Assembly (NCBI RefSeq): GCF_044647545.1
Contig: NZ_CP172818.1
Source: Escherichia coli
GTDB taxonomy: Bacteria; Pseudomonadota; Gammaproteobacteria; Enterobacterales; Enterobacteriaceae
Direction: 5' to 3' (one strand)
Length of the DNA stretch: 64,000 nt
Shown: positions 1 through 19,027 of the stretch, piece after piece
Layout of the letters: each line of letters starts with the position of its first letter
How positions within the stretch are numbered: position 1 is the first letter of the stretch
Notes under the pieces: generated by a model
The model's database searches: none
The model's input: only the letters and a program-made list of their open reading frames with translations
Told to the model about the DNA's origin: nothing
Program-made: the position numbers and the translations under genes

Positions 1-45
1 CAGGCCACAAGGCCAATGAGATAATGAGGCCCTTTAGTCGATTGA

Positions 46-3294
<3,249 letters not shown>

Positions 3295-3322
3295 AGGCAG
3301 TACATTAAAACAAGGAGCGGCA

Positions 3323-4234
3323 ATGTATTACGGGTTTGATATTGGTGGAACAAAAATTGCGCTAGGCGTGTTTGATAGCGGTCGGCAGTTGCAGTGGGAA
3401 AAGCGGGTGCCGACACCGCGTGACAGCTATGACGCATTTTTAGATGCAGTGTGTGAGCTGGTAGCTGAAGCTGACCAACGTTTTGGCTGTAAAGGCTCTG
3501 TCGGCATCGGTATTCCGGGAATGCCGGAAACAGAAGATGGTACGCTGTATGCCGCCAATGTCCCCGCTGCCAGCGGTAAACCGCTGCGTGCCGACCTGAG
3601 CGCACGTCTTGATCGCGATGTACGCCTTGATAACGATGCCAACTGTTTTGCCCTTTCAGAAGCCTGGGATGATGAATTTACTCAATATCCACTGGTGATG
3701 GGGTTGATTCTCGGCACCGGCGTTGGCGGTGGGCTGATTTTCAACGGCAAACCGATTACCGGTAAAAGCTACATTACCGGCGAGTTTGGCCATATGCGTC
3801 TGCCGGTTGATGCGTTAACCATGATGGGGTTGGATTTCCCGTTACGCCGCTGCGGCTGTGGTCAGCATGGCTGCATTGAAAATTATCTGTCTGGTCGCGG
3901 TTTTGCGTGGCTGTATCAACACTATTATCATCAACCGTTGCAGGCTCCTGAGATCATTGCGCTTTATGATCAAGGCGATGAGCAGGCAAGGGCGCACGTT
4001 GAGCGTTATCTGGATTTATTAGCGGTTTGTCTGGGAAATATCCTGACCATTGTTGACCCTGACCTGGTCGTCATTGGTGGTGGCTTATCGAATTTCCCGG
4101 CAATCACAACGCAACTGGCGGACAGGCTGCCTCGTCATCTCTTACCTGTAGCTCGTGTTCCGCGCATTGAACGCGCGCGCCACGGTGATGCGGGGGGAAT
4201 GCGTGGTGCGGCCTTCCTACATCTAACCGATTAA
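3323..4234 (+). CDS. nagK: N-acetyl-D-glucosamine kinase (ROK family)
   Basis: ATG at 3323 ([15 protein letters not shown]) gives 303 aa; ROK-type glycine-rich ATP motif and Cys-rich zinc motif CGCGQHGC. Confidence 0.85.
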
Positions 4235-4249
4235 TCAACAGAGGTTGCT

Positions 4250-5071
4250 ATGCTGTCGCGTCGGGGTCATCGGTTAAGTCGTTTTCGTAAAAATAAACGC
4301 CGTCTGCGCGAGCGTTTGCGTCAGCGTATTTTTTTCAGAGATAAAGTGGTGCCGGAAGCAATGGAAAAACCAAGAGTACTCGTACTGACAGGGGCAGGGA
4401 TTTCTGCGGAATCAGGTATTCGTACCTTTCGCGCCGCAGATGGCCTGTGGGAAGAACATCGGGTTGAAGATGTGGCAACGCCGGAAGGTTTCGATCGCGA
4501 TCCTGAACTGGTACAAGCGTTTTATAACGCCCGTCGCCGACAGCTGCAGCAGCCAGAAATTCAGCCTAACGCCGCGCATCTTGCGCTGGCTAAACTGCAA
4601 GACGCCCTCGGCGATCGCTTTTTGCTGGTGACGCAGAATATCGACAACCTTCATGAGCGTGCCGGTAACACCAATGTTATTCATATGCATGGGGAACTGC
4701 TGAAAGTTCGTTGTTCACAAAGTGGTCAGGTTCTCGACTGGACCGGAGACGTTACCCCAGAAGATAAATGCCATTGCTGCCAGTTCCCGGCACCCTTGCG
4801 ACCGCACGTAGTGTGGTTTGGCGAAATGCCACTCGGCATGGATGAAATTTATATGGCGTTGTCGATGGCCGATATTTTCATTGCCATTGGTACTTCGGGG
4901 CATGTTTATCCAGCGGCTGGGTTTGTTCACGAAGCGAAACTGCATGGCGCGCACACCGTGGAACTGAATCTTGAACCAAGTCAGGTCGGTAATGAATTCG
5001 CCGAGAAATATTACGGCCCGGCAAGCCAGGTGGTGCCAGAATTTGTTGAAAAGTTGCTGAAGGGCTTATAA
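4250..5071 (+). CDS. cobB: NAD-dependent protein deacylase (sirtuin) CobB
   Basis: 273-aa ORF; sirtuin motifs [21 protein letters not shown], zinc Cys pairs; GAGG SD-like motif 5 nt upstream; basic Arg/Lys-rich N-terminal extension. Confidence 0.85.
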   Translation: MLSRRGHRLSRFRKNKRRLRERLRQRIFFRDKVVPEAMEKPRVLVLTGAGISAESGIRTFRAADGLWEEHRVEDVATPEGFDRDPELVQAFYNARRRQLQQPEIQPNAAHLALAKLQDALGDRFLLVTQNIDNLHERAGNTNVIHMHGELLKVRCSQSGQVLDWTGDVTPEDKCHCCQFPAPLRPHVVWFGEMPLGMDEIYMALSMADIFIAIGTSGHVYPAAGFVHEAKLHGAHTVELNLEPSQVGNEFAEKYYGPASQVVPEFVEKLLKGL

Positions 5072-5084
5072 AGCGGGAAGCATT

Positions 5085-5183
5085 GCCTGATGCGCTACGC
5101 TTATCAGGCCTACAAGGGGACGCAATTAATTGAATTTGCGGGTTTTGTGGGCCAGATAAGGCGTTCGCGCCGCATCCGGCATA
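5085..5183. repeat. REP/BIME-type extragenic palindromes (two inverted REP units)
   Basis: gcctgatgcgctacgcttatcaggcctac and gccagataaggcgttcgcgccgcatccggcat between convergent cobB and ycfZ. Confidence 0.6.
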
Positions 5184-5208
5184 ATAGACGCACACTTTAC
5201 TGCCTCTT

Positions 5209-5997
5209 TTACCGTTTACTCGTCAATAACAACGCGGCAATAAACGTACAGACACCAATCAGCCCTGCCCAGAGCGGCGATATTCTGGTAATTGCAAAGC
5301 TATTATCGATATACAGGCATAAAGCCTGATAGCCCATATTGGCAACAGTCATCGCCACTGCAAACTTTAATGCATAATTAAGGCGCGTCGTGTAGTTAAA
5401 AAATGCCGTAAAGACGATGAATGCAACCGCCCAGGCAAAAAGGCCTAATGTCGTGGTACTGCCGGGAGGATCATTCTCCTGCTGTTGTCCGGGATGCGGA
5501 TAATATGTCAGTGGCGGCGTCGGTTGTTTTAATATCTGTGCTTGTAAAACAGCCAATGCATTATTGATTCCCTGATACCAGAGATCTACATGTAAATAAG
5601 CCAGAGTGTGATTTTCTACCAGAAGGCCGAGATGTTTATCGTCCATACTGCTTTCGACCTGGCCGTTGGTTATCATAATTAACCGTGGCTCGCGGGTAGT
5701 AAAGAGTAACAGAACACTTCCTTTTACATTACTCATTGAAGATGCCGCATGCGCCAGCATCGCTTTGCCATTTTGCCTGAGACTGGCTTCATTATTAATG
5801 TCGGGTAAAACCACAATAAACGGTACAACTCCGGTTTGTTGGCGAAAAAGTTCGGCTTTATGCGCGATCTCTTCAGCATCTGGTACAGTACCGGTAACAT
5901 CCGTAAAAAGTGTCTTCATTATTGGAATTAAGGGCTTACTGATTGCCGTCAGAGGCAGGAACATCAGTAAACTGAGCAGTATCATGATTTTTTTCAT
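5209..5997 (-). CDS. ycfZ: inner membrane protein YcfZ
   Basis: 262-aa ORF with N-terminal signal/TM and C-terminal TM segments. Confidence 0.75.
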   Translation of the reverse strand: MKKIMILLSLLMFLPLTAISKPLIPIMKTLFTDVTGTVPDAEEIAHKAELFRQQTGVVPFIVVLPDINNEASLRQNGKAMLAHAASSMSNVKGSVLLLFTTREPRLIMITNGQVESSMDDKHLGLLVENHTLAYLHVDLWYQGINNALAVLQAQILKQPTPPLTYYPHPGQQQENDPPGSTTTLGLFAWAVAFIVFTAFFNYTTRLNYALKFAVAMTVANMGYQALCLYIDNSFAITRISPLWAGLIGVCTFIAALLLTSKR

Positions 5998-6455
5998 GGG
6001 CGGGACTTCCGTTTCCTGCGTGTCTTTTTAGAGGAGGGCATACTGATTAATAAACCGACGGCGATAAAAATAACGCCCATAATGCCGATAAACCCCCATT
6101 TAAAAAAATTAACCCACGGGTTATTTATCTCAGCCTTTTCAGGATGTCCTGGAGAATAATAAACATTAACTTTATCGCCTTCGCTGTCTTCATAAAAATC
6201 GCTGCCAATACTCGAATTGAAAATTAGCGTGTAATCTGGCGTCGGACGAAAGGCAACGACGGGATACCACGAACCATTTTTACCCGTGCGATGAGAATGA
6301 CTGGAGTGCCAGACGGTATCAACAATGACGCCTTCAGTATGAATCGCGTCTTTGCTATAGGTGAACTGGTTATAAAAGATAACAACAGAAATGAGGATCA
6401 GTACCAGACCGATACCGAAGAATATACGAAAGAAAACTTTACTGTCCTGACTCAT
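5994..6455 (-). CDS. ymfA: inner membrane protein YmfA
   Basis: ORF 5994..6497; start at MSQDSK (6455) preferred because AGGA lies about 8 nt upstream; 153 aa; overlaps ycfZ start. Confidence 0.7.
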   Translation of the reverse strand: MSQDSKVFFRIFFGIGLVLILISVVIFYNQFTYSKDAIHTEGVIVDTVWHSSHSHRTGKNGSWYPVVAFRPTPDYTLIFNSSIGSDFYEDSEGDKVNVYYSPGHPEKAEINNPWVNFFKWGFIGIMGVIFIAVGLLISMPSSKKTRRKRKSRP

Positions 6456-6512
6456 TAGCCACATCCTTGCTAAATAAAAAACGGGCGGTAATACCACCGC
6501 CCGCTTGCTGAA

Positions 6513-7559
6513 TTAACGTCCTGCTTTCAGCTTCTGATAATACTCTTCATAAATGCTGCTGGCTACGCCAACGTCATTCTGCCATTCACCATTTTTAATG
6601 GTTTCAGCATCCGGGTAGAGCGTTTTATCGTTCGCCACTTCCGGACTTAACAGCTTACGCGCCGCAAGGTTTGGCGTTGGATAACCGATAGTTTCAGCAA
6701 CCTGTTTTGCCACATCCGGGCGCAGCAGGAAGTTGATCAATTTCAGCGCGCCTTCTTTGTTTTTGGCATTTGCCGGGATCGCCAGGCTGTCCATCCAGAA
6801 AATGCCGCCTTCTTTCGGCCACACCACGTCAATTGGCGTACCCGACTGCCGTGCAACGAAAGCAGAACCGTTCCAGATCATGCCGAGGTTAACTTCGCCT
6901 TCCATATACGGGTTAGCGGGGTTATCGGAGTTAAACGCCGCGACGTTTGGCATCAGTTTTTTCAGCTCGTTGTATGCAGCTTCAATCTCTTTCGGATCGG
7001 TGGTGTTACCGGAGTAGCCTAGCTTACGCAGCGCCATCTGGAACACTTCACGGGCATCGTCGGTCAGCAGCAGGCTGCCTTTGTACTCAGGCTTCCACAG
7101 ATCGGCCCAGCTGGTAACGGATTTCGGATCTACCGCATCACCGTTAACGCCAATCGCCGTCGCCCCCCAGATATACGGAATGGAGTAATCGTTATTCGGG
7201 TCAAACGGCTTATTGAGCATGTCTGGATCGAGATTGCTGAAGTTCGTTAACTTCGACTTGTCGATCTTCTGGATCATCCCTTCTTTACGCATTTTATCGA
7301 CGTAATAGGTTGAAGGAACCACCAGGTCATAGGCACCGTCTTTGTACGTTTTCAGCTTGGCATACATGGTTTCGTTCGACTCGTAAGTCGAATAGATAAC
7401 CTTAATACCGGTTTCTTTGGTGAACTGTTCAAGCAGTCCTGGCGGCACGTACTCGGTCCAGTTGTAGAAATACAGCGTGTTGTTGTCATCGGCGTGAGCG
7501 GCGCTCATGCCCAGTGCCAGAGCACCCGCCGCGAGCAGGTGGCGTGACCATTTTTTCAT
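6513..7559 (-). CDS. potD: spermidine/putrescine ABC transporter periplasmic binding protein PotD
   Basis: 348-aa ORF with signal peptide; last gene of potABCD operon on the minus strand. Confidence 0.9.
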   Translation of the reverse strand: MKKWSRHLLAAGALALGMSAAHADDNNTLYFYNWTEYVPPGLLEQFTKETGIKVIYSTYESNETMYAKLKTYKDGAYDLVVPSTYYVDKMRKEGMIQKIDKSKLTNFSNLDPDMLNKPFDPNNDYSIPYIWGATAIGVNGDAVDPKSVTSWADLWKPEYKGSLLLTDDAREVFQMALRKLGYSGNTTDPKEIEAAYNELKKLMPNVAAFNSDNPANPYMEGEVNLGMIWNGSAFVARQSGTPIDVVWPKEGGIFWMDSLAIPANAKNKEGALKLINFLLRPDVAKQVAETIGYPTPNLAARKLLSPEVANDKTLYPDAETIKNGEWQNDVGVASSIYEEYYQKLKAGR

Positions 7560-8350
7560 TTAACGTCCCCTGTGTTACCTTTCGTTTTATCACGAGCAAT
7601 AAGCTGGCTGGCAATTACCATCACCAGCGACAGCACCAGTAATATGGTTGCCAGCGCGTTAACTTCCGGCGATACGCCGACTTTGACCATCGAATAAATT
7701 TTTAACGGCAGAATTTCATAACTCGGCCCGGTGACAAACGAAGAAACTACTACATCGTCCATCGACAGGGTAAAGCTTAACACCCAGCCCGCCGCTACCG
7801 CTGGCATTGCCAGTGGCAGAATGATTTTTCGCAGAATGGTAAATTCGCTGGCACCGAGATCTTTCGCCGCTTCCAGCATTCGCACGTCAAAACCTTTCAG
7901 GCGCGAATACACTGTCACTACCACAAATGGCAGGCAGAAGGTGATATGCGAGAACAGCAGCGACCAGAAGCCAAGCTGAATACCCAGCAGCATAAACAGC
8001 ACCAGCAGCGAAATCGCCATCACGATATCTGGTGACATCATCACCACAAACAGCATTCCGCTAACGAACGGCTTACCACGAAAGCGATAACGGTACAGCG
8101 CAACTGCCGTCAGTGAACCGATAAGCGTAGCAAACGTCGCCGAAAACACCGCCATTGTTAGTGAATGCTGCGCTGCCTGTAACAGGCTGTCGTTGTTCAT
8201 CAGCAGGCTATACCATTTGGTGGTAAAACCTTGCCAGTTGATGCCAAAGCGCGAGCTGTTAAAGGAGTTCACAATCAAAATAATGATTGGGATATACAGG
8301 TACGCGTAGATAGCGGTCATAAAACCGCCGCGAAGCAGTCGACCGATCAT
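7556..8350 (-). CDS. potC: spermidine/putrescine ABC transporter permease PotC
   Basis: 264-aa multi-TM ORF, overlapping stops/starts with potB and potD. Confidence 0.9.
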   Translation of the reverse strand: MIGRLLRGGFMTAIYAYLYIPIIILIVNSFNSSRFGINWQGFTTKWYSLLMNNDSLLQAAQHSLTMAVFSATFATLIGSLTAVALYRYRFRGKPFVSGMLFVVMMSPDIVMAISLLVLFMLLGIQLGFWSLLFSHITFCLPFVVVTVYSRLKGFDVRMLEAAKDLGASEFTILRKIILPLAMPAVAAGWVLSFTLSMDDVVVSSFVTGPSYEILPLKIYSMVKVGVSPEVNALATILLVLSLVMVIASQLIARDKTKGNTGDVK

Positions 8351-9204
8351 TCGAGTTCCACCTTCTTATTCAGCAAACGAGAAGCGCGCCAGTAAACCAG
8401 CAACATCAGGCCCATTACGATAGTCAGCGTAATGCTGGTGGCTGCACCAAACGGCCAGTCACGAATATTGAGGAACTGTACTTTGATGACGTTACCGATC
8501 AGCAGGTTTTTCGCACCGCCCATCAGGTCGGACACATAGAACAGGCCCATCGCTGGCAGCATCACCAGCAGACATCCGGCAATAATCCCCGGCATCGTCA
8601 GTGGAATAATGATGCGGATAAAAGTCTGTAACTTGCTGGCACCGAGATCGCGCGCCGCCTCAAGCAACGGCTTATCCAGTTTTTCGATACTGGAGTACAG
8701 CGGCATCACCATAAACGGCAGCAGAATGTAAACCAGACCGATAATCACCGCACTGGGCGTGAACATGATGCGAATTGGTGTATCGATAACGCCCAGCCAG
8801 AGCAAAAACTCGTTGAGATAGCCTTTGGTGCTGAGGAAAATTTTCAGCCCGTAGATACGAATCAATGAGTTGGTCCAGAACGGAACAATCAGCAGAAACA
8901 GCAGCAGCGGACGCACCTTGTGTGGCAACTTCGCCAGAAACCAGGCAAAAGGATAGCCCAGCACCAGGCAGGCGAGGGTGGCGATCAGCGCCATATTCAG
9001 CGAGTGCAATAGCACTTCAAAATAGAGCGGATCGAGCAGACGCGTGTAGTTATCCAGCGTAAAGACCATTTTGACGAAACTGGCGTCGTCGCGGGTCAAA
9101 AAGCTGGTGCCAATGATCATCAGGTTGGGCAGAAAGACAAACAACACAAGCCAACCGACAATAGTGACAATCACTACATTCTGGAACTTACTTGTGTTCT
9201 TCAT
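8347..9204 (-). CDS. potB: spermidine/putrescine ABC transporter permease PotB
   Basis: 285-aa ATG ORF; true start may be the internal GTG at 9174 (275 aa), which would remove the overlap with potA. Confidence 0.85.
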
Positions 9205-10324
9205 CAGCCAGTACGACCTCCCAGCTTTCTACCCAATTAATGGCCATTTTTTGGTCGAGAGAGTGGTCAAAGTCAGGATCGTCTTCATTGAAGAATTCGC
9301 TGACCATCACCATCTTGCCATTTTCCAGTTCAACAACCGACTCCAGCGTCATGCCTTTGTAGTTACGCTCGCGAACGTAACCAATCAGCCCTTCAGCGTG
9401 GTTGTCGTCGTTAATCTCTTCAACACGTAAGTCTTCCGGGCGCAGCAGAACATGCAGTTTTTGCCCCGGTTCAACGGCGAAGTTAACGTAGATATTACAT
9501 TCGCGGCCTTCAACGTTGGCGCGTACGCGCTGCTCGTCGAGACGTTCGATGACAGTGGCGTTAAACATATTGATTTCGCCAATAAACCCAGCAACAAACA
9601 GGTTTTTCGGCTCTTCATAGATTTCACGCGGCGTGCCGTCTTGCTCAATGCGACCATCGCGCATCACCACGATCCTGTCCGACATGGTAAGTGCTTCTTC
9701 CTGGTCGTGAGTCACGAACACGAATGTAATGCCAAGCTTACGCTGTAACGCTTTCAGCTCGTTCTGCATTTGCTTGCGCAGTTTGTAATCCAGCGCTGAG
9801 AGCGACTCATCCAGCAACAACAGACGAGGCTTGTTAACCACCGCGCGAGCAATGGCGACGCGTTGCTGTTGACCACCAGAGAGCTGATGCGGTTTGCGTT
9901 GAGCGAAGGTTTCCAGCTGCACCATCCGCAGGGCTTCCATCACGCGGGGCGTAATTTCAGCAGCGGGGGTTTTTTGCATGCGCAACCCAAAGGCCACATT
10001 TTCGAACACGGTCATGTGGGGGAAAAGTGCGTAGCTTTGGAAAACAGTATTCACATAGCGGTTTTCCGCCGGAACGTGGGTGATGTCCTCGTTATCCAGC
10101 ATGATACGTCCGGAATCAACAGTTTCCAGACCTGCAATCAGGCGAAGAACGGTTGTTTTACCGCAGCCAGAAGGGCCAAGCAGCGTGAGGAACTCGCCAT
10201 TGTTGATAGTCAGATCCAGCTGGGGAATGACCTCTTTACCATCAAAGCATTTGCGAATTCCCGCCAATTGCACCAGCGGTGAAAGCGAACTCGGTTGTTT
10301 ATTCAATTTTTTACTCTGTCCCAT
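9188..10324 (-). CDS. potA: spermidine/putrescine ABC transporter ATPase PotA
   Basis: 378-aa ORF; Walker [10 protein letters not shown], signature LSGGQQQR, Walker [13 protein letters not shown]. Confidence 0.9.
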
Positions 10325-10573
10325 GTAAACGCAACGGATGGCTTACCGATGCGGGGTTTGTGGTTAACCACCTTGGTGACTCTTAATGAGGGCGGTAATT
10401 CTACGGCAAACCGCTTGAATCGCCAATCTTTGTTGTGAATTACTGGCTTAGCTTTATATTCATTAAGGTAATGCTGATAAATATTCCCGCTTGCAGGGGT
10501 AAAAGTGACCTGACGCAATATTTGTCTTTTCTTGCTTCTTAATAATGTTGTCACAAAAAGTGAGGGTGACTAC

Positions 10574-11800
10574 ATGGATAAACTACTTGAGCGATTTTTG
10601 AACTACGTGTCTCTGGATACCCAATCAAAGGCAGGGGTGAGACAGGTTCCCAGCACGGAAGGCCAATGGAAGTTATTGCATCTGCTGAAAGAGCAGCTCG
10701 AAGAGATGGGGCTTATCAATGTGACCTTAAGTGAGAAGGGCACTTTGATGGCGACGTTACCGGCTAACGTCCCTGGCGATATCCCGGCGATTGGCTTTAT
10801 TTCTCATGTGGATACCTCACCGGATTGCAGCGGCAAAAATGTGAATCCGCAAATTGTTGAAAACTATCGCGGTGGCGATATTGCGCTGGGTATCGGCGAT
10901 GAAGTTTTATCACCGGTTATGTTCCCGGTGCTGCATCAGCTACTGGGTCAGACGCTGATTACCACCGATGGTAAAACCTTGTTAGGTGCCGATGACAAAG
11001 CAGGTATTGCAGAAATCATGACCGCGCTGGCGGTATTGCAACAAAAAAACATTCCGCATGGTGATATTCGCGTCGCCTTTACCCCGGATGAAGAAGTGGG
11101 CAAAGGGGCGAAACATTTTGATGTTGACGCCTTCGATGCCCGCTGGGCTTACACTGTTGATGGTGGTGGCGTAGGCGAACTGGAGTTTGAAAACTTCAAC
11201 GCCGCGTCGGTCAATATCAAAATTGTCGGTAACAATGTTCATCCGGGCACGGCGAAAGGCGTGATGGTAAATGCGCTGTCGCTGGCGGCACGTATTCATG
11301 CGGAAGTTCCGGCGGATGAAAGCCCGGAAATGACAGAAGGCTATGAAGGTTTCTATCACCTGGCGAGCATGAAAGGCACCGTTGAACGGGCCGATATGCA
11401 CTACATCATCCGTGATTTCGACCGTAAACAGTTTGAAGCGCGTAAACGTAAAATGATGGAGATCGCCAAAAAAGTGGGCAAAGGGTTACATCCTGATTGC
11501 TACATTGAACTGGTGATTGAAGACAGTTACTACAATATGCGCGAGAAAGTGGTTGAGCATCCGCATATTCTCGATATCGCCCAGCAGGCGATGCGTGACT
11601 GCGATATTGAACCGGAACTGAAACCGATCCGCGGCGGTACCGACGGCGCGCAGTTGTCGTTTATGGGATTACCGTGCCCGAACCTGTTCACTGGCGGTTA
11701 CAACTATCATGGTAAGCATGAGTTTGTGACTCTGGAAGGTATGGAAAAAGCGGTGCAGGTGATCGTCCGTATTGCCGAGTTGACGGCGCAACGGAAGTAA
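10574..11800 (+). CDS. pepT: peptidase T (tripeptide aminopeptidase, M20 family)
   Basis: ATG 10574 ([13 protein letters not shown]) gives 408 aa; M20 metal-binding motifs (HVDT, GADDKAG). Confidence 0.9.
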   Translation: MDKLLERFLNYVSLDTQSKAGVRQVPSTEGQWKLLHLLKEQLEEMGLINVTLSEKGTLMATLPANVPGDIPAIGFISHVDTSPDCSGKNVNPQIVENYRGGDIALGIGDEVLSPVMFPVLHQLLGQTLITTDGKTLLGADDKAGIAEIMTALAVLQQKNIPHGDIRVAFTPDEEVGKGAKHFDVDAFDARWAYTVDGGGVGELEFENFNAASVNIKIVGNNVHPGTAKGVMVNALSLAARIHAEVPADESPEMTEGYEGFYHLASMKGTVERADMHYIIRDFDRKQFEARKRKMMEIAKKVGKGLHPDCYIELVIEDSYYNMREKVVEHPHILDIAQQAMRDCDIEPELKPIRGGTDGAQLSFMGLPCPNLFTGGYNYHGKHEFVTLEGMEKAVQVIVRIAELTAQRK

Positions 11801-11848
11801 GCGAAAAGGGATGCGGCATGTGATGCCGCATCCGGCTTAAATCCAAAC

Positions 11849-12970
11849 TTACCCTTCGAAGAACCAGTATCCGCTATTGACCAGCGCCGCGAGCATCGCG
11901 AGGAATGACGGATCTTCCAGCGCATCGCCAAAATTCTCCGCGGTCAGCGCAATGTTGCTGGCGAGCGCATCCAGTGCCGGACGGTGCGGGGAATCGATCT
12001 TCTCACCATTGGCATACACATCGTCGCCAATGCGCAATACGCGCAGACCCCCCAGGCGCACCAGCACATCACCTTGTTTCAGCGCATCGTAGATTTCATC
12101 CGGCTGATAAGGCGGCTCTGGCGGCGCGATATCCAGTTCATGACGTGACTGGGATATAAACTCGCCAAACCATTGCTTAAAATGTTCCGGCTGGTTGATC
12201 AATTCGAGCATCATCTCACGCAGTTTATCCATCTCTTGCGGCAGAACGTCCGCAGGATGAGCGCGAGGTGGAACATCAGGATCGCTGTAGTAGTTGCCGC
12301 CCAGTTCACGTTGCAGCACATAATCGGCAAATCCACTAATCAGTTCCCGCGTATTTGGCGCGCGAAAACCTACGGAATAGTTCATCGCATTTTCCAGCGC
12401 GTAGCCTTCATGCGGGAATCCTGGCGGAATATAAAGAATATCACCAGGCTCCAGCTCTTCATCGATGATGGCTTCGAACGGATCGACCTGTAACAGATCC
12501 GGATGTGGGCAGTGCTGTTTCATTTGCAGCTTTTCACCCACTCGCCAGCGACGACGTCCGGTACCCTGAATAATAAACACGTCGTACTGATCGAGATGTG
12601 GGCCGACGCCGCCGCCAGGTACGGAAAAAGAGATCATCAGGTCATCAATACGCCAGTCCGGTAGTTCACGGAACGGTCGCATTAGCGCGGCGGTCGGCTC
12701 ATGCCAGTGGTTCACTGCCTGTACCAGTAACGACCAGTTGGTTTCACCGAGATGATCGTAGCTTTCGAACGGGCCGTGGCTGACCTGCCATTTGCCATCC
12801 TGGTGACTGACCAGTCGACTGTCGACTTCGCTTTCCATCGCCAGACCCGCCAACTCGTCTGGAGAGATCGGGTCAATAAAATTATTAAAGCCGCGTTTTA
12901 ACACCACCGGGCGTTTCTGCCAGTGACGTTCAAGAAAATCGGGCCAGTTAAGAGTGAGTTGGTATTCCAT
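11849..12970 (-). CDS. roxA: ribosomal protein L16 Arg81 hydroxylase (JmjC/cupin 2OG oxygenase)
   Basis: Start MEYQLTLNWP gives 373 aa; cupin fold with HxD...H iron motif. Confidence 0.8.
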   Translation of the reverse strand: MEYQLTLNWPDFLERHWQKRPVVLKRGFNNFIDPISPDELAGLAMESEVDSRLVSHQDGKWQVSHGPFESYDHLGETNWSLLVQAVNHWHEPTAALMRPFRELPDWRIDDLMISFSVPGGGVGPHLDQYDVFIIQGTGRRRWRVGEKLQMKQHCPHPDLLQVDPFEAIIDEELEPGDILYIPPGFPHEGYALENAMNYSVGFRAPNTRELISGFADYVLQRELGGNYYSDPDVPPRAHPADVLPQEMDKLREMMLELINQPEHFKQWFGEFISQSRHELDIAPPEPPYQPDEIYDALKQGDVLVRLGGLRVLRIGDDVYANGEKIDSPHRPALDALASNIALTAENFGDALEDPSFLAMLAALVNSGYWFFEG

Positions 12971-13045
12971 GTTAAGCATCCACAGGCTGGTATCTGCAAC
13001 CGATTATAACGGATGCTTAACGTAATGCGTGAAGTATGGACATAT

Positions 13046-14506
13046 TTATTCATCTTTCGGCGCAGAATGCTGGCGACCAAAAATCACCTCCATCCGCGCA
13101 CCGCCCATCATGCTCTCTCCGGCGACGATTTTACCCTCATATTGCTCGGTGATTTCGCGGGCTACCGCCAGCCCCACACCTTGCCCAGGGCGTAAAGTAT
13201 CAACCCGTTGACCACGGTCGAAAATGACCTCTCGCTTGCTTAATGGAATACCGGGGCCATCATCCTCGACCACAATATAGAGATGCTCGTCGGTTTGCCT
13301 TGCAGAAATTTCGACAAACTCGAGGCAATATTTACAGGCATTATCCAGCACATTGCCCATCACCTCGACAAAATCGTTCTGCTCACCAACAAAGCTGATC
13401 TCTGGCGAAATATCGAGAGAGATATTGACCCCTTTGCGTTGATACACTTTGTTCAGCGCCGAGGTGAGATTGTCCAGCAGTGGGGCGACCGGATGCAGTT
13501 CGCGGCTGAGCAATGTCCCGCCGCGCATACTGGCACGATGCAGGTAGTAGCCAATTTGCTGTGAAATGCGGCTGATTTGCTCCAGCATTACCGGCTCAGC
13601 ATCACTGACGCTCATCTTCTCACTACGCAGAGAACGCAGCGTACTTTGCAGCACCGCCAGTGGCGTTTTCAGACTATGGGTCAGGTCGGTGAGCGTTGTA
13701 CGATATTTGTCGTAACGTTCGCGTTCACTTTTTAACAATCGGTTCAGGTTTCGTACCAGACTTGTCAGTTCTCGCGTTGTGGCTGGATTGAGCAATTCGC
13801 GGTTATGTTCTTCCAGTTCGCGGACTTCTTTTGCCAGGGCTTCGATGGGGCGTAAACTCCACCAGGCGGCGACCCACAGCAGCGGGATCACTAACAGCAG
13901 ATTGGCTGAGAGCACATAGATAAACCAGCTCCAGACCATATAGGAACTTTTTAGCTCCACCGGAATGGTATCCACCACCACAATGGTTAACTTTGGCATC
14001 CGCGATGTTGCCGGGTAGACGTTTACCGCCACCGAGTGGGTCATCTCCGCGTCGTCATCATCTTCCCGCACTTCCTGCAACTGTTGCTGTATCGAATGAT
14101 CTCCACTCAGCAAGAGGCTGGTATCGTTAACATCCGCTTCAATTTCATGAAAACCATTCGATTTCAGCCAGTCAGGCTGGATCATCTTCATCAGCCAGGG
14201 CACGTCACGTTGCGCCCATAAAAGCTGCCCGTTCTCATCATAAATTAGCGTCATGGTGGGGCTTTGCTTGTCGATATTTTCGGGTAACTCGACATGCAAC
14301 TTATTGTTTTCCCACTTCGCAAGGGTATAGAACAGATTGCTCTCGCCACGTAACAGCCGAAACGTAGTTTTATCGAAACTGACGCTATAACCGATCAGCG
14401 CGACCATTCCGTAGGCAAGCGAAAGCACCAGTACTACCGCTGCCGTTGCCAACAGAAAACGTACCCGCAGCGAGAGCGGGAAAAAAAGACGCAGTAATTT
14501 TTTCAT
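13046..14506 (-). CDS. phoQ: sensor histidine kinase PhoQ
   Basis: 486-aa ORF; two TM segments, HAMP, H-box [12 protein letters not shown], ATPase domain; stop overlaps phoP. Confidence 0.9.
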   Translation of the reverse strand: MKKLLRLFFPLSLRVRFLLATAAVVLVLSLAYGMVALIGYSVSFDKTTFRLLRGESNLFYTLAKWENNKLHVELPENIDKQSPTMTLIYDENGQLLWAQRDVPWLMKMIQPDWLKSNGFHEIEADVNDTSLLLSGDHSIQQQLQEVREDDDDAEMTHSVAVNVYPATSRMPKLTIVVVDTIPVELKSSYMVWSWFIYVLSANLLLVIPLLWVAAWWSLRPIEALAKEVRELEEHNRELLNPATTRELTSLVRNLNRLLKSERERYDKYRTTLTDLTHSLKTPLAVLQSTLRSLRSEKMSVSDAEPVMLEQISRISQQIGYYLHRASMRGGTLLSRELHPVAPLLDNLTSALNKVYQRKGVNISLDISPEISFVGEQNDFVEVMGNVLDNACKYCLEFVEISARQTDEHLYIVVEDDGPGIPLSKREVIFDRGQRVDTLRPGQGVGLAVAREITEQYEGKIVAGESMMGGARMEVIFGRQHSAPKDE

Positions 14507-15177
14507 CAGCGCAATTCGAACAGATAGCCCTGGCCGCGAACGGTGGTAATCACTTCTTGCGGATATTGTGCCTGAATTTTTTTGCGCAGACGTCCCATCA
14601 GTACATCAATGGTATGGCTTTCCCGCAGCTCCGCATCCGGGTAGAGTTGTAGCATTAACGAATCTTTGCTGACCACTTTGCCATTATTGCGTATCAACGT
14701 TTCCATAATGGTGTATTCGAACGCGGTCAGTTTGATCACTTCGTCATTAATAGATAATTCACGGCGGGAGAGATCAACCTGAAACGGTGGTAGCGAAATG
14801 ACCTGTGAAGCCAGACCGCTATTACGCCGCATTAATGCCTGCATTCGCGCCATCACCTCTTCAATATGAAACGGTTTAGTCACGTAATCATCAGCACCGG
14901 CACTTAATACTTCGACTTTGTCCTGCCAGCTTTCACGGGCGGTTAATACCAGAATCGGCAGTGAAACATCATTGCTACGCCAGCGGCGAATCAGTGACAG
15001 ACCATCCTCGTCAGGCAATCCGAGATCGACAATCGCAATATCCGGTAAATGTTCATTGAGATAATAATCGGCTTCTTTGGCATCTTCTGCGTCATCGACC
15101 TGATGACCAGCATCCTGAATCTGAACTTTAAGGTGGTGACGTAACAACGCATTGTCTTCAACAACCAGTACGCGCAT
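14506..15177 (-). CDS. phoP: response regulator PhoP (OmpR family)
   Basis: 223-aa ORF; receiver domain MRVLVVEDN and winged-helix C-terminus. Confidence 0.9.
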   Translation of the reverse strand: MRVLVVEDNALLRHHLKVQIQDAGHQVDDAEDAKEADYYLNEHLPDIAIVDLGLPDEDGLSLIRRWRSNDVSLPILVLTARESWQDKVEVLSAGADDYVTKPFHIEEVMARMQALMRRNSGLASQVISLPPFQVDLSRRELSINDEVIKLTAFEYTIMETLIRNNGKVVSKDSLMLQLYPDAELRESHTIDVLMGRLRKKIQAQYPQEVITTVRGQGYLFELR

Positions 15178-15237
15178 TTTTATTTCTCCCTGTCTTAATT
15201 ATTAAAATAGTGTAACGCGATTATGTGGTTATGGGGG

Positions 15238-15254
15238 TAAACATTAAATAAACC
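15238..15254 (-). promoter_or_regulatory. PhoP box (direct hexamer repeat GGTTTA-N5-TGTTTA) in phoPQ promoter
   Basis: Minus strand reads GGTTTATTTAATGTTTA about 60 nt upstream of the phoP start. Confidence 0.7.
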
Positions 15255-15345
15255 AGCGGGGGAGGGGAGGTAAAGTGAAAAAATAAAAAGCGGATAATCT
15301 TAATAAGCAGGCCGGACAGCATCGCTATCCGGCACTGATACGAGT

Positions 15346-16719
<1,374 letters not shown>

Positions 16720-17367
16720 TCACAACTCCGGGGTTAAATGAGCAAGAATTTGTTTTGCCTGAGTGGTCAGGCGATTACGAGAAAACATCAGTTGCAGACG
16801 TCCGCCGCCAACCTGGTGCCAGAGCACGGCGGCGCGAATGCCTGCCAGCAGGGTTGCGCGAACTTTCGCCTGCACTTGTGGGCTTTGCAGTACAGCAGGG
16901 GAACCGGTTACCTGAATGCGCGGGCCAAGCGGGCTAATCACATCAACATAGATAGCAGCCATCGCGCTCATCAGCGTTTCGGACTGTAAATCGAAGTGTT
17001 CGAGCTGGCGTTGCAGGCCGTTGATCCGGTTGCCCAGAGTGTCGAGCGCACCTTTCGCTGAGGAGAGTTTGCGCTCAAGCACCATCAGGCTGAGTGTGTA
17101 GCGGGTTAATTCAGCGTTTAAGCCCTGGCGACTGCTGGCATTGAGCACGCCGAGCAGGGTTTCCAGCCCGACGCGCAGGTTGGCTTCGCTGCCGCCAAAA
17201 ACCGCCAGCGTTGAGCTGGGGTTCATATCGATAATACTGTTGAGTGAGACGTGTAGCGCATCGCCATCACAATGCCCCTGGTGAGCGAGTTGTTGCACCA
17301 GGCGTGCCGACTGACAAATACCGGCCAGGGCGAGGGTGATGTCATAGTAATTCTTTGCCACGTTCAC
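16720..17367 (-). CDS. hflD: lysogenization regulator HflD
   Basis: 215-aa ATG ORF (annotated start may be the GTG two codons in); directly downstream of mnmA on the same strand. Confidence 0.8.
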   Translation of the reverse strand: MNVAKNYYDITLALAGICQSARLVQQLAHQGHCDGDALHVSLNSIIDMNPSSTLAVFGGSEANLRVGLETLLGVLNASSRQGLNAELTRYTLSLMVLERKLSSAKGALDTLGNRINGLQRQLEHFDLQSETLMSAMAAIYVDVISPLGPRIQVTGSPAVLQSPQVQAKVRATLLAGIRAAVLWHQVGGGRLQLMFSRNRLTTQAKQILAHLTPEL

Positions 17368-17396
17368 TGCTTCCTTGTTTTAAGTAAAGATAATAA

Positions 17397-19018
<1,622 letters not shown>

Positions 19019-19027
19019 TTTGCATCC

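Noticed and set aside
4250-5071. Possible N-terminal truncation of cobB
   Set aside because: The ATG at 4250 has a good SD and the ORF includes the basic N-terminal extension; the remembered longer length could not be checked, so the gene is treated as intact.
10325-10573. Possible FNR/CRP site in the potA-pepT divergent region
   Set aside because: No clear TTGAT-N4-ATCAA match could be identified by eye, so no site is called.
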